DNA from: Thermoplasmata archaeon | Lineage (GTDB): Archaea; Thermoplasmatota; E2; UBA202; JdFR-43 | NCBI GenBank assembly: GCA_021162065.1 | Contig: JAGGZK010000053.1 | Span: forward strand, 1-54,125 | Reading direction: 5' to 3' | Length of the DNA stretch: 54,125 nt | Part shown: piece by piece, positions 35,536 to 46,857 of the stretch | Layout of the letters: each line of letters begins with the position of its first letter | Position numbering within the stretch: position 1 is the first letter of the stretch | Notes under the pieces: model-generated | The model's input: only the letters and a program-made list of their open reading frames with translations | Databases searched by the model: none | Told to the model about the DNA's origin: nothing | Made by a program: the position numbers and the translations under genes

Positions 35536-37496
35536 AGAGATTGATAATATGTGAGAAGAACATTGCAGCAAGGCGAATAGCGTGGATACTCTCAGATGGA
35601 AAGGCAAGGCAGAAGAGGATTTTCAACATCCCGTATTACCAGTTCAACAACACCATTGTTATAGGTTTGAGGGGGCATATCAAAAAACTGGATTTTCCGA
35701 AAGAATATGGGAGATGGGAAAATGTGAAACCCCGTGAACTCATCTGGGTTGAGCCCGTGAAGAAAATAGGGGAGATGGCCATCGCCAACGCCATAAAGAC
35801 TCTGGCAAAGGATGCAAAGGAGGTGATAATAGCCACGGATTATGACAGGGAGGGGGAGCTTATAGGGGCAGAGGTGCTGGATTTGATTCCTAAGGGCATA
35901 GAGGTAAAAAGAGCACGTTTCAGCTCCATAACTCCCGCAGAAATAAAGAAGGCATTTGAAAATCTTCAGGATGTGGACATGAATCTGGCAAGATCGGCGG
36001 AGGCGAGGCAGTACATAGACCTCATATGGGGCGCGAGTTTGACCCGTTTCATATCTCTCGCATCAGGGCAACTTGGAAAGGATTTTCTTTCCGTGGGAAG
36101 GGTGCAATCTCCCACACTCGCAATGATAGTGGAGAGGGAAAGGGAAATCCAGAATTTTGTGCCCAAACCCTTCTGGAAGATAAGGGTATTCTTTGAAAAG
36201 GACGGTGTGAAATTTGAGGGAGAATATCCCGAAAAGATATGGGATGAGGAAGAGGCGGAGAATATATATAGAAAATTGAAGGAGGTAGAAAGGGGCAGGG
36301 TTCTGGTTTTCAAAAAGGAGATAAGATATGACCGCCCGCCGCCCCCATTTGATACCACATCCTTTCTGAAGGAAGCATCATCCATGGGAATCTCCGCACC
36401 CCATGCCATGAAGATTGCTGAAGAGCTTTACATGAACGGGCTTATATCATACCCAAGAACAGACAACACGGTATATCCCCCTCTTCCCTTCAAAAACATT
36501 CTCAGCAAACTCGCCAAGGTGTATCCGGAGGAGGTGAAGGAAGTTTTTTCCATGTTGAGGAGTAGACCCGTCTCGGGCAAAAAGGAGAGCAAGGATCATC
36601 CACCAATTCATCCTGTAGACGCCTCTCGCCTGCAGGGGAGTCATGCCAAGATATTTGATTTAATCGCAAGGCGGTTTATGGCAACCCTGAGCAAAGATGA
36701 TGTGCTGGAGAGAAAGGAAGGAGAGATAGACATAAATGGTGTGGTGATAAAGGCGAAGGGACTCATTATAAAGGAAAAGAACTGGAGAAAGGTTTATCCT
36801 GCAAGGATAGAGGAGAAGCACATGCCCGATCTGGAGGAGGGGGAGGAAATAGAAATAGTGAAGGTGGAAAGAAGGAAGGACAAGACAAGGCCTCCCCGCC
36901 GCTACACTCAGGGAAGTCTAATTGTGGAGATGGAAAGGAAGGGTCTCGGAACCAAGGCGACAAGGCATGAGATAATAGGAAAACTGTATGAGAGAAATTA
37001 CATCTCCGGAAAGCAGATAGTTCCGACACCATCCGCCTTTGCCGTTGTGGATGCTCTCAAAGAGGGGGCAGAGATAATAACCAAGCCGGACATGACAGCC
37101 CGCCTGGAAAGAGAGATGGATTTAATTGCGGAAGGCGAGAAAAGTTTTGAAGAGGTGATAGAGGAATCCAGGCATATACTGGAGAAGGCATTCGAGATTC
37201 TGGAGAAGAACAGGGAGAGTATAGGAAGAGAGATAAAGGAGGCCATAAGCAAACAGAATTTCTTCGGGAAATGCCCCGTATGCGGAGGAGACCTTGTGAT
37301 AATGAAATCCAACAGGGGGAAAAGATTCATAGGGTGCACCAACTTTCCAAAATGCACCAACAGCTATCCACTCCCCCAGAGGGGAAAGATTATTTTCGAG
37401 GGAGATTACTGCCAGAAATGTGGAGCGCCCATAGTGACGAGTATATACAGAGGAAAGAAATGGAAAAAGTGCGCCGACATGAAATGTGGCGAATAA
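35532..37496 (+). CDS. topA: Type IA DNA topoisomerase
   Basis: ICEK, ATDYDREGE, SVGRVQSP, ISYPRTD, C-terminal Zn ribbons. Confidence 0.96.
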   Translation: MKRLIICEKNIAARRIAWILSDGKARQKRIFNIPYYQFNNTIVIGLRGHIKKLDFPKEYGRWENVKPRELIWVEPVKKIGEMAIANAIKTLAKDAKEVIIATDYDREGELIGAEVLDLIPKGIEVKRARFSSITPAEIKKAFENLQDVDMNLARSAEARQYIDLIWGASLTRFISLASGQLGKDFLSVGRVQSPTLAMIVEREREIQNFVPKPFWKIRVFFEKDGVKFEGEYPEKIWDEEEAENIYRKLKEVERGRVLVFKKEIRYDRPPPPFDTTSFLKEASSMGISAPHAMKIAEELYMNGLISYPRTDNTVYPPLPFKNILSKLAKVYPEEVKEVFSMLRSRPVSGKKESKDHPPIHPVDASRLQGSHAKIFDLIARRFMATLSKDDVLERKEGEIDINGVVIKAKGLIIKEKNWRKVYPARIEEKHMPDLEEGEEIEIVKVERRKDKTRPPRRYTQGSLIVEMERKGLGTKATRHEIIGKLYERNYISGKQIVPTPSAFAVVDALKEGAEIITKPDMTARLEREMDLIAEGEKSFEEVIEESRHILEKAFEILEKNRESIGREIKEAISKQNFFGKCPVCGGDLVIMKSNRGKRFIGCTNFPKCTNSYPLPQRGKIIFEGDYCQKCGAPIVTSIYRGKKWKKCADMKCGE

Positions 37497-37649
37497 TCAG
37501 GCGCCGCCCTTCCTCTCCTTGGATTTGGGTCTGAGACGGGATGAACCACATCTTCTGCACTTCTTTGCCTTGAGTGGATTACGGGCATTGCAGTTCATGC
37601 ATATGAGCTTATTGAGCAATCTCGCTTCCGCCTCAGGAAATCGTGCCAT
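37497..37649 (-). CDS. rpl40e: 50S ribosomal protein L40e (not in ORF track)
   Basis: [45 protein letters not shown]. Confidence 0.95.
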   Translation of the reverse strand: MARFPEAEARLLNKLICMNCNARNPLKAKKCRRCGSSRLRPKSKERKGGA

Positions 37650-37690
37650 GGGAGGTAAAAGTGGTGGGATTTATAAATATTTGGATATCC

Positions 37691-39436
37691 CTACTTCTTC
37701 TTTCCGGGTTTCTTCAGCATCACAGCCACTATTGCCACAAAAATGATAAAGGATGCAATCAGAATGTATCTATCATTTCCACTTTCTTCCGAGGGATGGG
37801 ATATGCCAAAAAGTTGATTATCACTTTTCATGAAAATCGATTTTATTAATCCAATTGCATCATCATATTTCCCCTTCTCCACCATCTCCTTGGCCATGCT
37901 GTATTCTTGGCTCAATTCACTTCCATTTATGATTTCATCCACACCAGCCCTTATGTTTGCCATGCTCAGGGCAATTCTCGCCACCATCTCCTTTTCTTCC
38001 TCATCCATGCCTTTTATGACAGAAGCCATGTTGCATATGGTGGTGTAATAATCATCCTTCCACATTCTGAGAACCTTTGCCCTATTCTCCTTGCTTACTC
38101 CAAGATAGAGTTTCTGCATGAGAAATGCCTGCCTCTGCATTTCTGTATCGGTGAGTGTCATGATATCAGATGTTTTGTCACTTTTCAGGGCTATCTCCTC
38201 CATCCTCTCATTTTCCTTTATAAGCACGTGTTCCACGCTGCTGAAATCCGTTTTGCCTACGTTGCTCAATATCGCCAGCGCCTGCTCTGCCGCCATGCCA
38301 TTTGTATATTCCTCCGCTATGGCCGTATCACATATGTGGACGGGCACAAATATGGAGGCGCATTGGTCGGGGGCGAACCAGCCCATGGTTATGCCGTCCC
38401 CTGTGGGGATTCTGAAGATCATTGTGGCCTTCTTCTCTCCCTCACACATTCCTCTAAGACCATTCAAATCCTCTGACTGCATGCGGGAGAGATTCATCAA
38501 ATCCATAACCGTAATTCTTCCGTATTTCTGCTGAAGAATATCCTTTATTTTATTCTCCCATGCATAATATTCATAGCATACCCTCACCTGCGCCCTCTTT
38601 CCGTCTATCTCCTCCACTTCCACATAAAAATTCCCCACCTTTGCCCCCTCTCCCTTAGATATCTTCACCTTGTTTCCCGCAGGTGTTTGTTTTGCAACCA
38701 CACCGTTCTCATCTATTTTAGTAAACTTCACTCCCTCCATCCCTCCAATTCTCACGGTCTGCCATTTTCTAACGCTTCCCTCAAAAACCCTATCAAAATC
38801 GGAGGCGATGGCAACCCTACGTAGCAACCTTGTATGCCAAAGCTGCTTCGGATAGTTGGACATGACAACGATACCATCCGCCTTTTCACTCACAAAGTGG
38901 AAGGCATCCGCCTCTATTACATATGCATCGTTCCTACCAACAACAAAAAGATTCTCTCCCACACCGGGGGCATGCATCTCCTGAACTTCTTTGAGCAGAT
39001 TAACCGCCTCTTCTGTAGTGCTGGCCGTCTGGGCGGCATACCGCAGCCAGTCAAAGTCGTCCCAGGAAAACTTTGTGGGATTGACATAAAAGGTGGGAGA
39101 GTCGGCATCTCCATAGGCTATATCGGCGTCGCTCATCAGCATTCCCGCCTTGAATATATTGGGCGGGGCATCTCCAGCGGTGACCACTCCTATGACCTTG
39201 TGTTCAAATCTGTAGGGAATATTGTATCCCTTCCATGGGTGGTGATATGTGTATTCATATCCTTTCTCGATCATGCACAGGACCTGGGTGCCCGGACGCG
39301 AGGGGTCGCGAACCTTCATAAAGAGGTTATAATCCCCCGCCGTCCCCCCATCCATCACAATAACATCCTTGCATGCAGTGGCCATGGGCATAAACAATAT
39401 GATGATAACCATAACCACCGCATACCTTCTCATCAT
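37691..39436 (-). CDS. Membrane-anchored extracellular Ntn-hydrolase (C45/C69-like peptidase)
   Basis: Signal peptide ending ATA|C places Cys at the mature N-terminus; KVRD, GENLFVV; C-terminal TM with basic tail. Confidence 0.65.
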   Translation of the reverse strand: MMRRYAVVMVIIILFMPMATACKDVIVMDGGTAGDYNLFMKVRDPSRPGTQVLCMIEKGYEYTYHHPWKGYNIPYRFEHKVIGVVTAGDAPPNIFKAGMLMSDADIAYGDADSPTFYVNPTKFSWDDFDWLRYAAQTASTTEEAVNLLKEVQEMHAPGVGENLFVVGRNDAYVIEADAFHFVSEKADGIVVMSNYPKQLWHTRLLRRVAIASDFDRVFEGSVRKWQTVRIGGMEGVKFTKIDENGVVAKQTPAGNKVKISKGEGAKVGNFYVEVEEIDGKRAQVRVCYEYYAWENKIKDILQQKYGRITVMDLMNLSRMQSEDLNGLRGMCEGEKKATMIFRIPTGDGITMGWFAPDQCASIFVPVHICDTAIAEEYTNGMAAEQALAILSNVGKTDFSSVEHVLIKENERMEEIALKSDKTSDIMTLTDTEMQRQAFLMQKLYLGVSKENRAKVLRMWKDDYYTTICNMASVIKGMDEEEKEMVARIALSMANIRAGVDEIINGSELSQEYSMAKEMVEKGKYDDAIGLIKSIFMKSDNQLFGISHPSEESGNDRYILIASFIIFVAIVAVMLKKPGKKK

Positions 39437-39522
39437 CAATAAATGCACATGTAATAAATGTATTTTTCCTTGATTTCGGTAAAAGTTTGCAAATTTTAAA
39501 TATGTGAAAGTTAATTAATTCA

Positions 39523-40590
39523 ATGGAAAGAAGGAAGATTCTGCTTCTCATCATTGCCCTCTTCATTTTTCTCCTGGTGGCATCCATCCTCATATTCCTT
39601 CAGTTTGCCGTGGAAAATGAATATTTTACTCCAATAGCAGGAAAACCCTATAACATGAGAATGGATGTTGATGATGATAAAGTCCTTTTCCTGGTGGATG
39701 TTGACATATGCAATCCCAATAGTTTTAATATCTCATTCACAAAGGAAATGATAGATGGCACCATAAAGTTTAACGGAGAAAAAATAGGAAAGGTAATCAT
39801 GAAGAGGGCGGTTAATCTTTCTGCCAGAAATATGACGAACATCACCCTTGTGGCGGAAATAGAGAATAGTAAAGTTGCAGGATGTCTTCTCTCCCATATA
39901 AAAAATAATGAGGAGAGCAGAATAGATTTCATAATTCCGGTTAACTTCACCATTGGAGGGGTGAAATTCAAAACCAGATACTTCAATGGCACTTCCACAT
40001 TGAACACATCCATATTGGAGGAGGTGGACAAGGAAGTGGAGAAGATAGCATTTCCTCTTCTCTTTAGTGTGAAAAAATCCACTTCCTTGTGGAGGGTGGA
40101 AGGAGAGGAAATAAAATTCGATACTCATCTGGATGCCTGTTGTTTTCCTTTTATTCCTGTTTTACCCTTCAATATGACCCTTTCTGCCAACAATGTGAGC
40201 ATAGCCCAGATGCATTCCCTCACATCCTATCATATCCTTCACAGAAGAAATATTGGCATGGATATGGAAACCATTGTTATCAAAGATAATATCGATGACT
40301 ATCTTTCCACCCTCTCCAGTAATCCATTAAATAGAACGCATCTAAAAGCAGAGATATTTTTCAGAATGTTTTTCAGAGAGTTCAGGTTTGTAAAGGAATG
40401 GAACTATGAGATAAACCCCACAGATTTGATGGGGAGCATGAAAATATCCATGCAGGAGCAGGAGAAGAAAAAGATCACGAATATTCCCGAAATTATTTCA
40501 GGCATCTCGGTTATGTGGGCATTGTTCGGTGTCTTTCTGGCAGGGGCGGTCAGGCATATTAAAAGAAAGGAACGCCAAAAATTATTATAG
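39523..40590 (+). CDS. LEA type 2 (WHy) domain membrane protein
   Basis: N-terminal TM, VDICNPNSFNI, HIKNNEES motif, C-terminal TM. Confidence 0.7.
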   Translation: MERRKILLLIIALFIFLLVASILIFLQFAVENEYFTPIAGKPYNMRMDVDDDKVLFLVDVDICNPNSFNISFTKEMIDGTIKFNGEKIGKVIMKRAVNLSARNMTNITLVAEIENSKVAGCLLSHIKNNEESRIDFIIPVNFTIGGVKFKTRYFNGTSTLNTSILEEVDKEVEKIAFPLLFSVKKSTSLWRVEGEEIKFDTHLDACCFPFIPVLPFNMTLSANNVSIAQMHSLTSYHILHRRNIGMDMETIVIKDNIDDYLSTLSSNPLNRTHLKAEIFFRMFFREFRFVKEWNYEINPTDLMGSMKISMQEQEKKKITNIPEIISGISVMWALFGVFLAGAVRHIKRKERQKLL

Positions 40591-40607
40591 GCAAAGCATT
40601 TTTCCTT

Positions 40608-42836
40608 GTGCTTGCCAGAATATGGGTGAACGGCATCGTTCAGGGTGTCGGCTTCCGCCCGTTTGTGTATAGAATTGCTGTCACGCTCGGACTTAAAGGA
40701 TATGTTCTTAACATGGGGGATGCGGGTGTTGAAATAGAGGTGGAGGGGGAAGAGGAAAAAATAAAAAAATTTGTTGAGACACTGGAAAAAAGAAAGCCGC
40801 CGCTGGCCTCCATAGAGAGCATAAAGATTGAGTTTCGAGAGGAGAAGGGTTATGAAAATTTTGAAATAAGAAAGAGCAGGGAGGAAAGAGGGGAAGGTAT
40901 TTCCGTAATCCCTCCAGATATAGCCATATGCGATGATTGTCTTGAAGATATGGAGAGGGAGGGAAGGAGGCATAACTACTTTTTCACCACATGCACCAAT
41001 TGCGGGCCAAGGTTCACAATAATAAGGCGTTTGCCATACGACAGACCCAACACCACCATGGATGAGTTTGAGATGTGTAAGGACTGCCACGCGGAGTATA
41101 CCAACCCTCTGGACAGACGCTACCATGCCCAGACCATAGCATGCATAAATTGTGGGCCTGAAATTTTTTTAAAATGGAGAAAGGAGACTCTGAAAGGAGA
41201 AGATGCCATATGGAAAGCATGTGAGATTCTTGGAGAAGGAAAAATAGTTGCCATTAAAGGTGTTGGTGGCTATCATCTTTCATGCATTGCCAGTGATGAA
41301 AGTGCTGTCAGAAATTTGAGAAGGCTTCTTGGAAGGCCCCAGAAACCCTTTGCCCTCATGGCAAAAAACATGGAAATGGTGAGGGAGATAGCATATGTGA
41401 ATGACGAAGAGGAAAAAATGCTCCTGAGTCATATACGCCCCATTGTGCTGCTAAATAAAAGGAAGGAGTTGCCCCACGTTGCCCCCCATCTCCACAATTA
41501 TGGTGTAATGCTTCCCTATACAGGGCTTCATTACCTCCTTTTCAAAAAGATAGATGCGCCGCTAATAATGACCTCCGCCAATTTCCCTGGAAAACCCATA
41601 ATTCATACAGAGAAGGAGATTGAAAGAATGGGAGCAGATGCCATATTATTTTACAATCGCCGCATATGGCAGAGGTGCGATGATTCCATAGTTAGAGTTG
41701 TGGACGGCAGGGCGTTGCTGATAAGAAGGAGTAGAGGCTTTGTTCCTGTTTCCATTCCTGTTGCTAAAGGGAAAACAAAAATACTTGCTACAGGGGCAGA
41801 GGAAAATGTGGTGGCATGCCTGCTGAAAGAAAAACATGCCTTCCTCACCCAATACCTGGGCCATGTGAACAGCGTGGAAAACCTGGAATTTTTTGAAGAT
41901 GCTATAAAACATCTATCCGGTTTAATCAATTTTAAGGCAGAAGGTGTTGCCTGTGATATGCATCCTGCATTCCTCAGCAGCAAATATGCGGAGGGAATTG
42001 CAGAAAAGGAGAATATTCCATTGTTCAGGGTGCAGCATCATCATGCCCATGTTGCGGGAGTGATGGCAGAGTATGGATTAAAAGAGGCAATAGGAATTGC
42101 CATGGACGGCTTTGGATATGGTGAGGACGGCATGGCATGGGGAGGAGAGGTGATATATTCCAATATTGCCTCATATGAAAGAGTTGCACATCTTGAATAT
42201 CATCCCATGCCCGGCGGAGACACGGCAACCCGCTACCCTCTTCGCATAGTGGCGGGCATTCTTGGGAGGAATGCGGAGGAATTTTTGATGGAGAGGAGGG
42301 ATGCTTTTCCCCATGGAGAGAAGGAGATAGAGGTTGTTCTCAAAATGGTGGAGAAGGAAAGATTAAAAACAAGCAGCTGTGGCCGTTTACTGGATGGCAT
42401 TGCCGCCATGCTGGATATATGTCACAAAATGCATTATGAAGGGGAGGGGGCGATGAAGCTGGAGAGTGTGGCAAGGAATGGCAGAAACATACTGGAGATG
42501 GAGTCAGAGATAAAAAATGGTGTCATCCACACCAGAGAAATGGTGAGGGAACTTTTTGAAAGCATGGAGAAAGCAGAGAAGGAAGACCTGGCCTATTCCG
42601 CTGAGGAATATATTGCCACATCCATGGCAGAGGCGGCGATTATGGAAGCAGAGAAGAGAGGGATAAAGGATATGGTTCTCTCGGGAGGATGCGCCTACAA
42701 CGAGCATATCACAGGAAGGATAAAAGAAAGGGTGGAGGAGCACGGGCTTAATCTTTTCCTTCCCTCTCTAATTCCGTGTGGCGATGGAGGTATATCCTTC
42801 GGGCAGGCGATGGTGGCAGCGGAGAGGATGAAGTAG
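40608..42836 (+). CDS. hypF: Hydrogenase maturation carbamoyltransferase
   Basis: GIVQGVGFRPFVY, CTNCGPRF, QHHHAH, DGFGYGEDG, GDGGISFGQ. Confidence 0.96.
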   Translation: MLARIWVNGIVQGVGFRPFVYRIAVTLGLKGYVLNMGDAGVEIEVEGEEEKIKKFVETLEKRKPPLASIESIKIEFREEKGYENFEIRKSREERGEGISVIPPDIAICDDCLEDMEREGRRHNYFFTTCTNCGPRFTIIRRLPYDRPNTTMDEFEMCKDCHAEYTNPLDRRYHAQTIACINCGPEIFLKWRKETLKGEDAIWKACEILGEGKIVAIKGVGGYHLSCIASDESAVRNLRRLLGRPQKPFALMAKNMEMVREIAYVNDEEEKMLLSHIRPIVLLNKRKELPHVAPHLHNYGVMLPYTGLHYLLFKKIDAPLIMTSANFPGKPIIHTEKEIERMGADAILFYNRRIWQRCDDSIVRVVDGRALLIRRSRGFVPVSIPVAKGKTKILATGAEENVVACLLKEKHAFLTQYLGHVNSVENLEFFEDAIKHLSGLINFKAEGVACDMHPAFLSSKYAEGIAEKENIPLFRVQHHHAHVAGVMAEYGLKEAIGIAMDGFGYGEDGMAWGGEVIYSNIASYERVAHLEYHPMPGGDTATRYPLRIVAGILGRNAEEFLMERRDAFPHGEKEIEVVLKMVEKERLKTSSCGRLLDGIAAMLDICHKMHYEGEGAMKLESVARNGRNILEMESEIKNGVIHTREMVRELFESMEKAEKEDLAYSAEEYIATSMAEAAIMEAEKRGIKDMVLSGGCAYNEHITGRIKERVEEHGLNLFLPSLIPCGDGGISFGQAMVAAERMK

Positions 42837-42877
42837 GAAGGCCAAAATTTTTTAATGGTAGCCGCATTCATTAGCAA

Positions 42878-43426
42878 ATGCTGAAGGAAATAATATTTTA
42901 TGGCAGAGGTGGACAGGGTGGTGTGACCGCAGCCAATCTTCTTGCCTCCGCCGCCCTCAAAAGCGGGAATAAAGGGGTGCAGGCGTTTCCTTTTTTCGGC
43001 GCAGAAAGGAGGGGTGCACCCGTAAAGGCATTCGCCAGGATAAGCGATGAGGAGATATATCTCAGGAGCCAGATTAGAGAGCCGGATGTGGTGGTTGTTC
43101 TCGATACAGGCATAATGGACGTGGTGAATGTTACGGAGGGGCTTAAGGAGGATGGCATAGTTCTTCTAAACACCCCAAGGAAGCCGTCAGAGGTGGAGAT
43201 GCCCTGCAGGGTTGCCACAGTGGATGCGACAACCATAGCATTAAACAACAAAATCCTTGTGGGAGGCATTCCTGTGGTGAATACACCGCTGGTGGGGGCA
43301 CTGGCGAAACTGCTGGATGGCGTCAATATAGAGGCGGTTAAGGAGGCCATAAAGGAGAGATTTGGCAAAAATGCGGAGGCAAACGCCAATGCGGCGGAGC
43401 AGGCATATAACGAGGTGGTTTTATGA
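42878..43426 (+). CDS. porC: 2-oxoacid:ferredoxin oxidoreductase gamma subunit (Por/Vor)
   Basis: [19 protein letters not shown]. Confidence 0.92.
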   Translation: MLKEIIFYGRGGQGGVTAANLLASAALKSGNKGVQAFPFFGAERRGAPVKAFARISDEEIYLRSQIREPDVVVVLDTGIMDVVNVTEGLKEDGIVLLNTPRKPSEVEMPCRVATVDATTIALNNKILVGGIPVVNTPLVGALAKLLDGVNIEAVKEAIKERFGKNAEANANAAEQAYNEVVL

Positions 43427-43671
43427 TAAAAACAGCTTTATCTACGCCTACTGAAGGGGCAATGGGAAAGACGGGCACATGGCGTGTTTTCCGCCCCGTG
43501 ATAGATAAAGAAAAGTGCATAAAATGCTGGTTCTGCTGGGTTTACTGCCCTGATGCAGCCATAGCAAGAAAGGAATATCCCGAGGTGGACTATGACTACT
43601 GCAAGGGATGCGGAATATGCGCCAATGAATGTCCTGTAAATGCCATAGAGATGAGGAGGGAGGAAAAATGA
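43423..43671 (+). CDS. porD: 2-oxoacid:ferredoxin oxidoreductase delta subunit
   Basis: [30 protein letters not shown]. Confidence 0.92.
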   Translation: MIKTALSTPTEGAMGKTGTWRVFRPVIDKEKCIKCWFCWVYCPDAAIARKEYPEVDYDYCKGCGICANECPVNAIEMRREEK

Positions 43672-44783
43672 TTGTTATAGATACCGGCAACCATATTGCT
43701 GCCCTCGCAGCCAAAATGGCGAAACCTCATGTTATTGCTGCATATCCCATAACGCCCCAGACAACCATAGTGGAGCGCCTTGCCCAGTATGTTGAAAATG
43801 GAGAGATGGATGCGGAGTTTATAAGAGTGGAGTCGGAGCATTCCGCCATGGCTGCCTGTATAGGGGCAGCAAGCGTGGGGGCGAGAACCTTCACGGCCAC
43901 CTCCTCGCACGGATTGCTATTAATGCATGAGATGCTTCACTGGGCGGGGCTGGCAAGGCTGCCCATAGTGATGGTGAATGTCAACCGTGCCCTCGGCCCG
44001 GGATGGAACATATGGAGTGATCTGAACGATTCCTTATCGCAACGCGACACCGGATGGATACAGTTTTATGCCTCAAGCGTGCAGGAAGCATATGACAACA
44101 TAATTCAGGCGTATAAGATTGCGGAAAACGAGGAGGTCATGCTTCCAGCCATGATATGCTACGACGGCTTTATATTAAGTCATACATCCATGCCGGCAGA
44201 AATTCCCGAGCAGCATGAGGTGGATAAGTTTCTGCCAGAATACAAGCCAGCATGGAAAATGGATGTGGAGAAGCCGGCAACACATGGGAATATAGTGCCG
44301 CCGGAATATTACATCCAGATAAGATATGATATGCATCTTGCCATGGAGAGGGCAAAGAAGATAATACAGGAGGTTGGAGAGGAATTTGGACGGAAGTTTG
44401 GCAGGGAGTATGGATTGATACATGAATACAGATGCGATGATGCTGATTATGTGATGGTAACCATGTCTTCTATAGCAGCAGAGGGGAGGGTGGCTGTTGA
44501 CAGATTGAGGGAGAAGGGAGAAAAGGTTGGACTGGTGAATTTAAGGACATTCCGTCCCTTCCCCCGTGAAATGCTGAAATACGACAAAATGATTGTTATA
44601 GATCGCGATATTTCTCCCGGATTGGGAGGTGTGGTGTACAATGAAATCAGAGGAAATGGAAGCGAGGTATATGGATTCATGGCCGGACTGGGAGGCATGG
44701 ACGTCAGTTATAAGGACATAGAGAGAATGTACGAACTTGCCAAACAGGGCAAGGAAGGATTGTATCCGCTGGAGGTGAAATGA
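43668..44783 (+). CDS. porA: 2-oxoacid:ferredoxin oxidoreductase alpha subunit
   Basis: [23 protein letters not shown]; pyruvate vs 2-oxoisovalerate specificity unresolved. Confidence 0.9.
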   Translation: MIVIDTGNHIAALAAKMAKPHVIAAYPITPQTTIVERLAQYVENGEMDAEFIRVESEHSAMAACIGAASVGARTFTATSSHGLLLMHEMLHWAGLARLPIVMVNVNRALGPGWNIWSDLNDSLSQRDTGWIQFYASSVQEAYDNIIQAYKIAENEEVMLPAMICYDGFILSHTSMPAEIPEQHEVDKFLPEYKPAWKMDVEKPATHGNIVPPEYYIQIRYDMHLAMERAKKIIQEVGEEFGRKFGREYGLIHEYRCDDADYVMVTMSSIAAEGRVAVDRLREKGEKVGLVNLRTFRPFPREMLKYDKMIVIDRDISPGLGGVVYNEIRGNGSEVYGFMAGLGGMDVSYKDIERMYELAKQGKEGLYPLEVK

Positions 44784-45691
44784 TGGTGGCAATAAAGGAT
44801 TTACCGCTCGATGAAAAAATATTGAAGGGGCATGCTGCCTGTCCTGGCTGCCCCATAACCATTGCTTTAAGAATTGCTCTCAAGGCGCTGGGAGAGAAAA
44901 CCATGCTTGTAATCCCCGCCTCCTGCAGCGCCGTGGTGCAGGCATTGTATCCGAAAACGGCATTCAATGTGCCCACCCTTAACATCGCCTTTGAGGCGTC
45001 TGCGGCGGCAGCTTCTGGAGTCAGCTCCGCCCTAAAAGCGCTGGAGAAGGAGGATGTGCTCCCGGTTGTGTGGGCTGGAGATGGAGGAAGTTATGACATT
45101 GGCCTGCAGGCTTTATCGGGAGCGCTGGAGAGGGGAACGGATTTCATATATGTCTGCTACAATAACCAGATGTATTCCAACACGGGCATACAGAGGAGTG
45201 GGGCAACGCCCTATGGAGCATGGACCACCACAACATGGAAGGGAAAGGAAGAGCATCAGAAGGAACTGGCTGAAATAGTAATGGCACACCACATTCCATA
45301 TGTGGCGACGGCCACCATTGCCTATCCCACCGATTTATACGAAAAAATGAAGAAGGCCAAGGAGATGAAGGGACCCAGATATATTGAAATTCTCGCTCCC
45401 TGCCCACCTGGATGGAGATTCGATATGAGCAAGACGGTGGAGATGTCACGCCTTGCCGTGGAGACGGGGGCATGGGTTCTGTATGAAATGGTAGATGGAA
45501 AAATGGAATTCACGGGATACAGCAAGAGATTGCTTGCGGGCAAGAAAAGAAAGCCCATAAAGGATTGGCTCAAAATGCAGGGGAGATTCAGACATCTCAC
45601 AGAGGAAGATATAGAGGAGATAAAGAAGGAAATAGATGCCAAGTGGGATTACTATATGAAAATATATGGAGGAAATGAAGACGGGAAATGA
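44780..45691 (+). CDS. porB: 2-oxoacid:ferredoxin oxidoreductase beta subunit
   Basis: GHAACPGC, GDGG, NTGIQRS, PCPPGW. Confidence 0.9.
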   Translation: MMVAIKDLPLDEKILKGHAACPGCPITIALRIALKALGEKTMLVIPASCSAVVQALYPKTAFNVPTLNIAFEASAAAASGVSSALKALEKEDVLPVVWAGDGGSYDIGLQALSGALERGTDFIYVCYNNQMYSNTGIQRSGATPYGAWTTTTWKGKEEHQKELAEIVMAHHIPYVATATIAYPTDLYEKMKKAKEMKGPRYIEILAPCPPGWRFDMSKTVEMSRLAVETGAWVLYEMVDGKMEFTGYSKRLLAGKKRKPIKDWLKMQGRFRHLTEEDIEEIKKEIDAKWDYYMKIYGGNEDGK

Positions 45692-46830
45692 TTGCCTACT
45701 TTGACGTGATAACAGGAGTAAGCGGGGACATGTTCCTCTCATCCCTCATAGATGCGGGATTCCCTGAAGAGAAATTGAGGGAGGAGCTGAAAAAACTTCA
45801 TCTGGATTTTGAACTCGTTGTAAAAAAAAGAAGGGATGTGATAGAAGCCACGACTCTGGAGGTCATGTACAACGAAGAGGAGGAAATGGAAAGGCATCTT
45901 TCAGATATCCTCACCATACTCGAAAATTCTGAAATCGATGATGAAGTCAAAGGAAAGGCAAAAGAACTCTTCCATCGTCTGGCAGAGGCGGAGGCAAAAA
46001 TTCATGGCACAAGCGTGGAGAAGATACATTTTCATGAAGTGGGGGCGGTAGATACAATAGTGGACATAGTTGGCTCCCTCATTGCCCTAAAGGGATTGGG
46101 CATAGAAGAGATATATTCCTCCCCTGTGGTGCTTGGAAAGGAAAAAGTAAAGACAGAGCATGGTGTGATACCCGTGCCAGCCCCCGCCACCTTAGAACTT
46201 TTGAAGGGGAAGCCAGTGAGATTTTCCTCCGTGCCCACGGAAATGACCACACCGACCGGGGCTGTGTTGATATCCATGGCGGAATTTTCCTATCCGGAGA
46301 TGGAGATAAAGAGCATAGGATACGGCATGGGAAAGAAAAAGATGGATATGCCGAATGTGCTCAGGGTCGTCATAGGGAAAAAATCATTCATCCATGATTT
46401 ATATGTAATAGAAACTAACATAGATGATATGAGTTCCGAGGTATATCCCTTCATAATTGAAAGGTTGCTGGGTGCTGGAGCGATGGACGCCTTTGTTATG
46501 CCAGCAATCATGAAGAAGGGAAGAGCGGGCAATCTGCTCAGGGTCATTGCACCTGCTGAAAATCTGGAGGAAATAAAGGGTATAATTTTCAATGAGACCT
46601 CCACTCTGGGCATAAGATATCACGGGGTGAGGAGGCATGTTCTGGAAAGGAGGATAATAAAGGTGGAAACTGAATATGGGGAGATAAGGGTGAAAGTAGG
46701 GTATCACAACGGAAAGGTGACCACCATCTCGCCAGAATATGAGGACTGCAGGAGGATTGCGGAGAAAAGCAAAGTTCCGCTGAAGAAAATATATGAGGAA
46801 GCAAGGGAAAGGGCGAAGAAGATGCTATAA
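45688..46830 (+). CDS. larC: Nickel pincer cofactor nickel insertase
   Basis: GVSGDM, HFHEVGAVD, PVPAPAT, ETNIDD, MKKGR, PEYEDC. Confidence 0.93.
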   Translation: MIAYFDVITGVSGDMFLSSLIDAGFPEEKLREELKKLHLDFELVVKKRRDVIEATTLEVMYNEEEEMERHLSDILTILENSEIDDEVKGKAKELFHRLAEAEAKIHGTSVEKIHFHEVGAVDTIVDIVGSLIALKGLGIEEIYSSPVVLGKEKVKTEHGVIPVPAPATLELLKGKPVRFSSVPTEMTTPTGAVLISMAEFSYPEMEIKSIGYGMGKKKMDMPNVLRVVIGKKSFIHDLYVIETNIDDMSSEVYPFIIERLLGAGAMDAFVMPAIMKKGRAGNLLRVIAPAENLEEIKGIIFNETSTLGIRYHGVRRHVLERRIIKVETEYGEIRVKVGYHNGKVTTISPEYEDCRRIAEKSKVPLKKIYEEARERAKKML

Positions 46831-46857
46831 CTTTTATATCCCGCACCATTTTTCATC

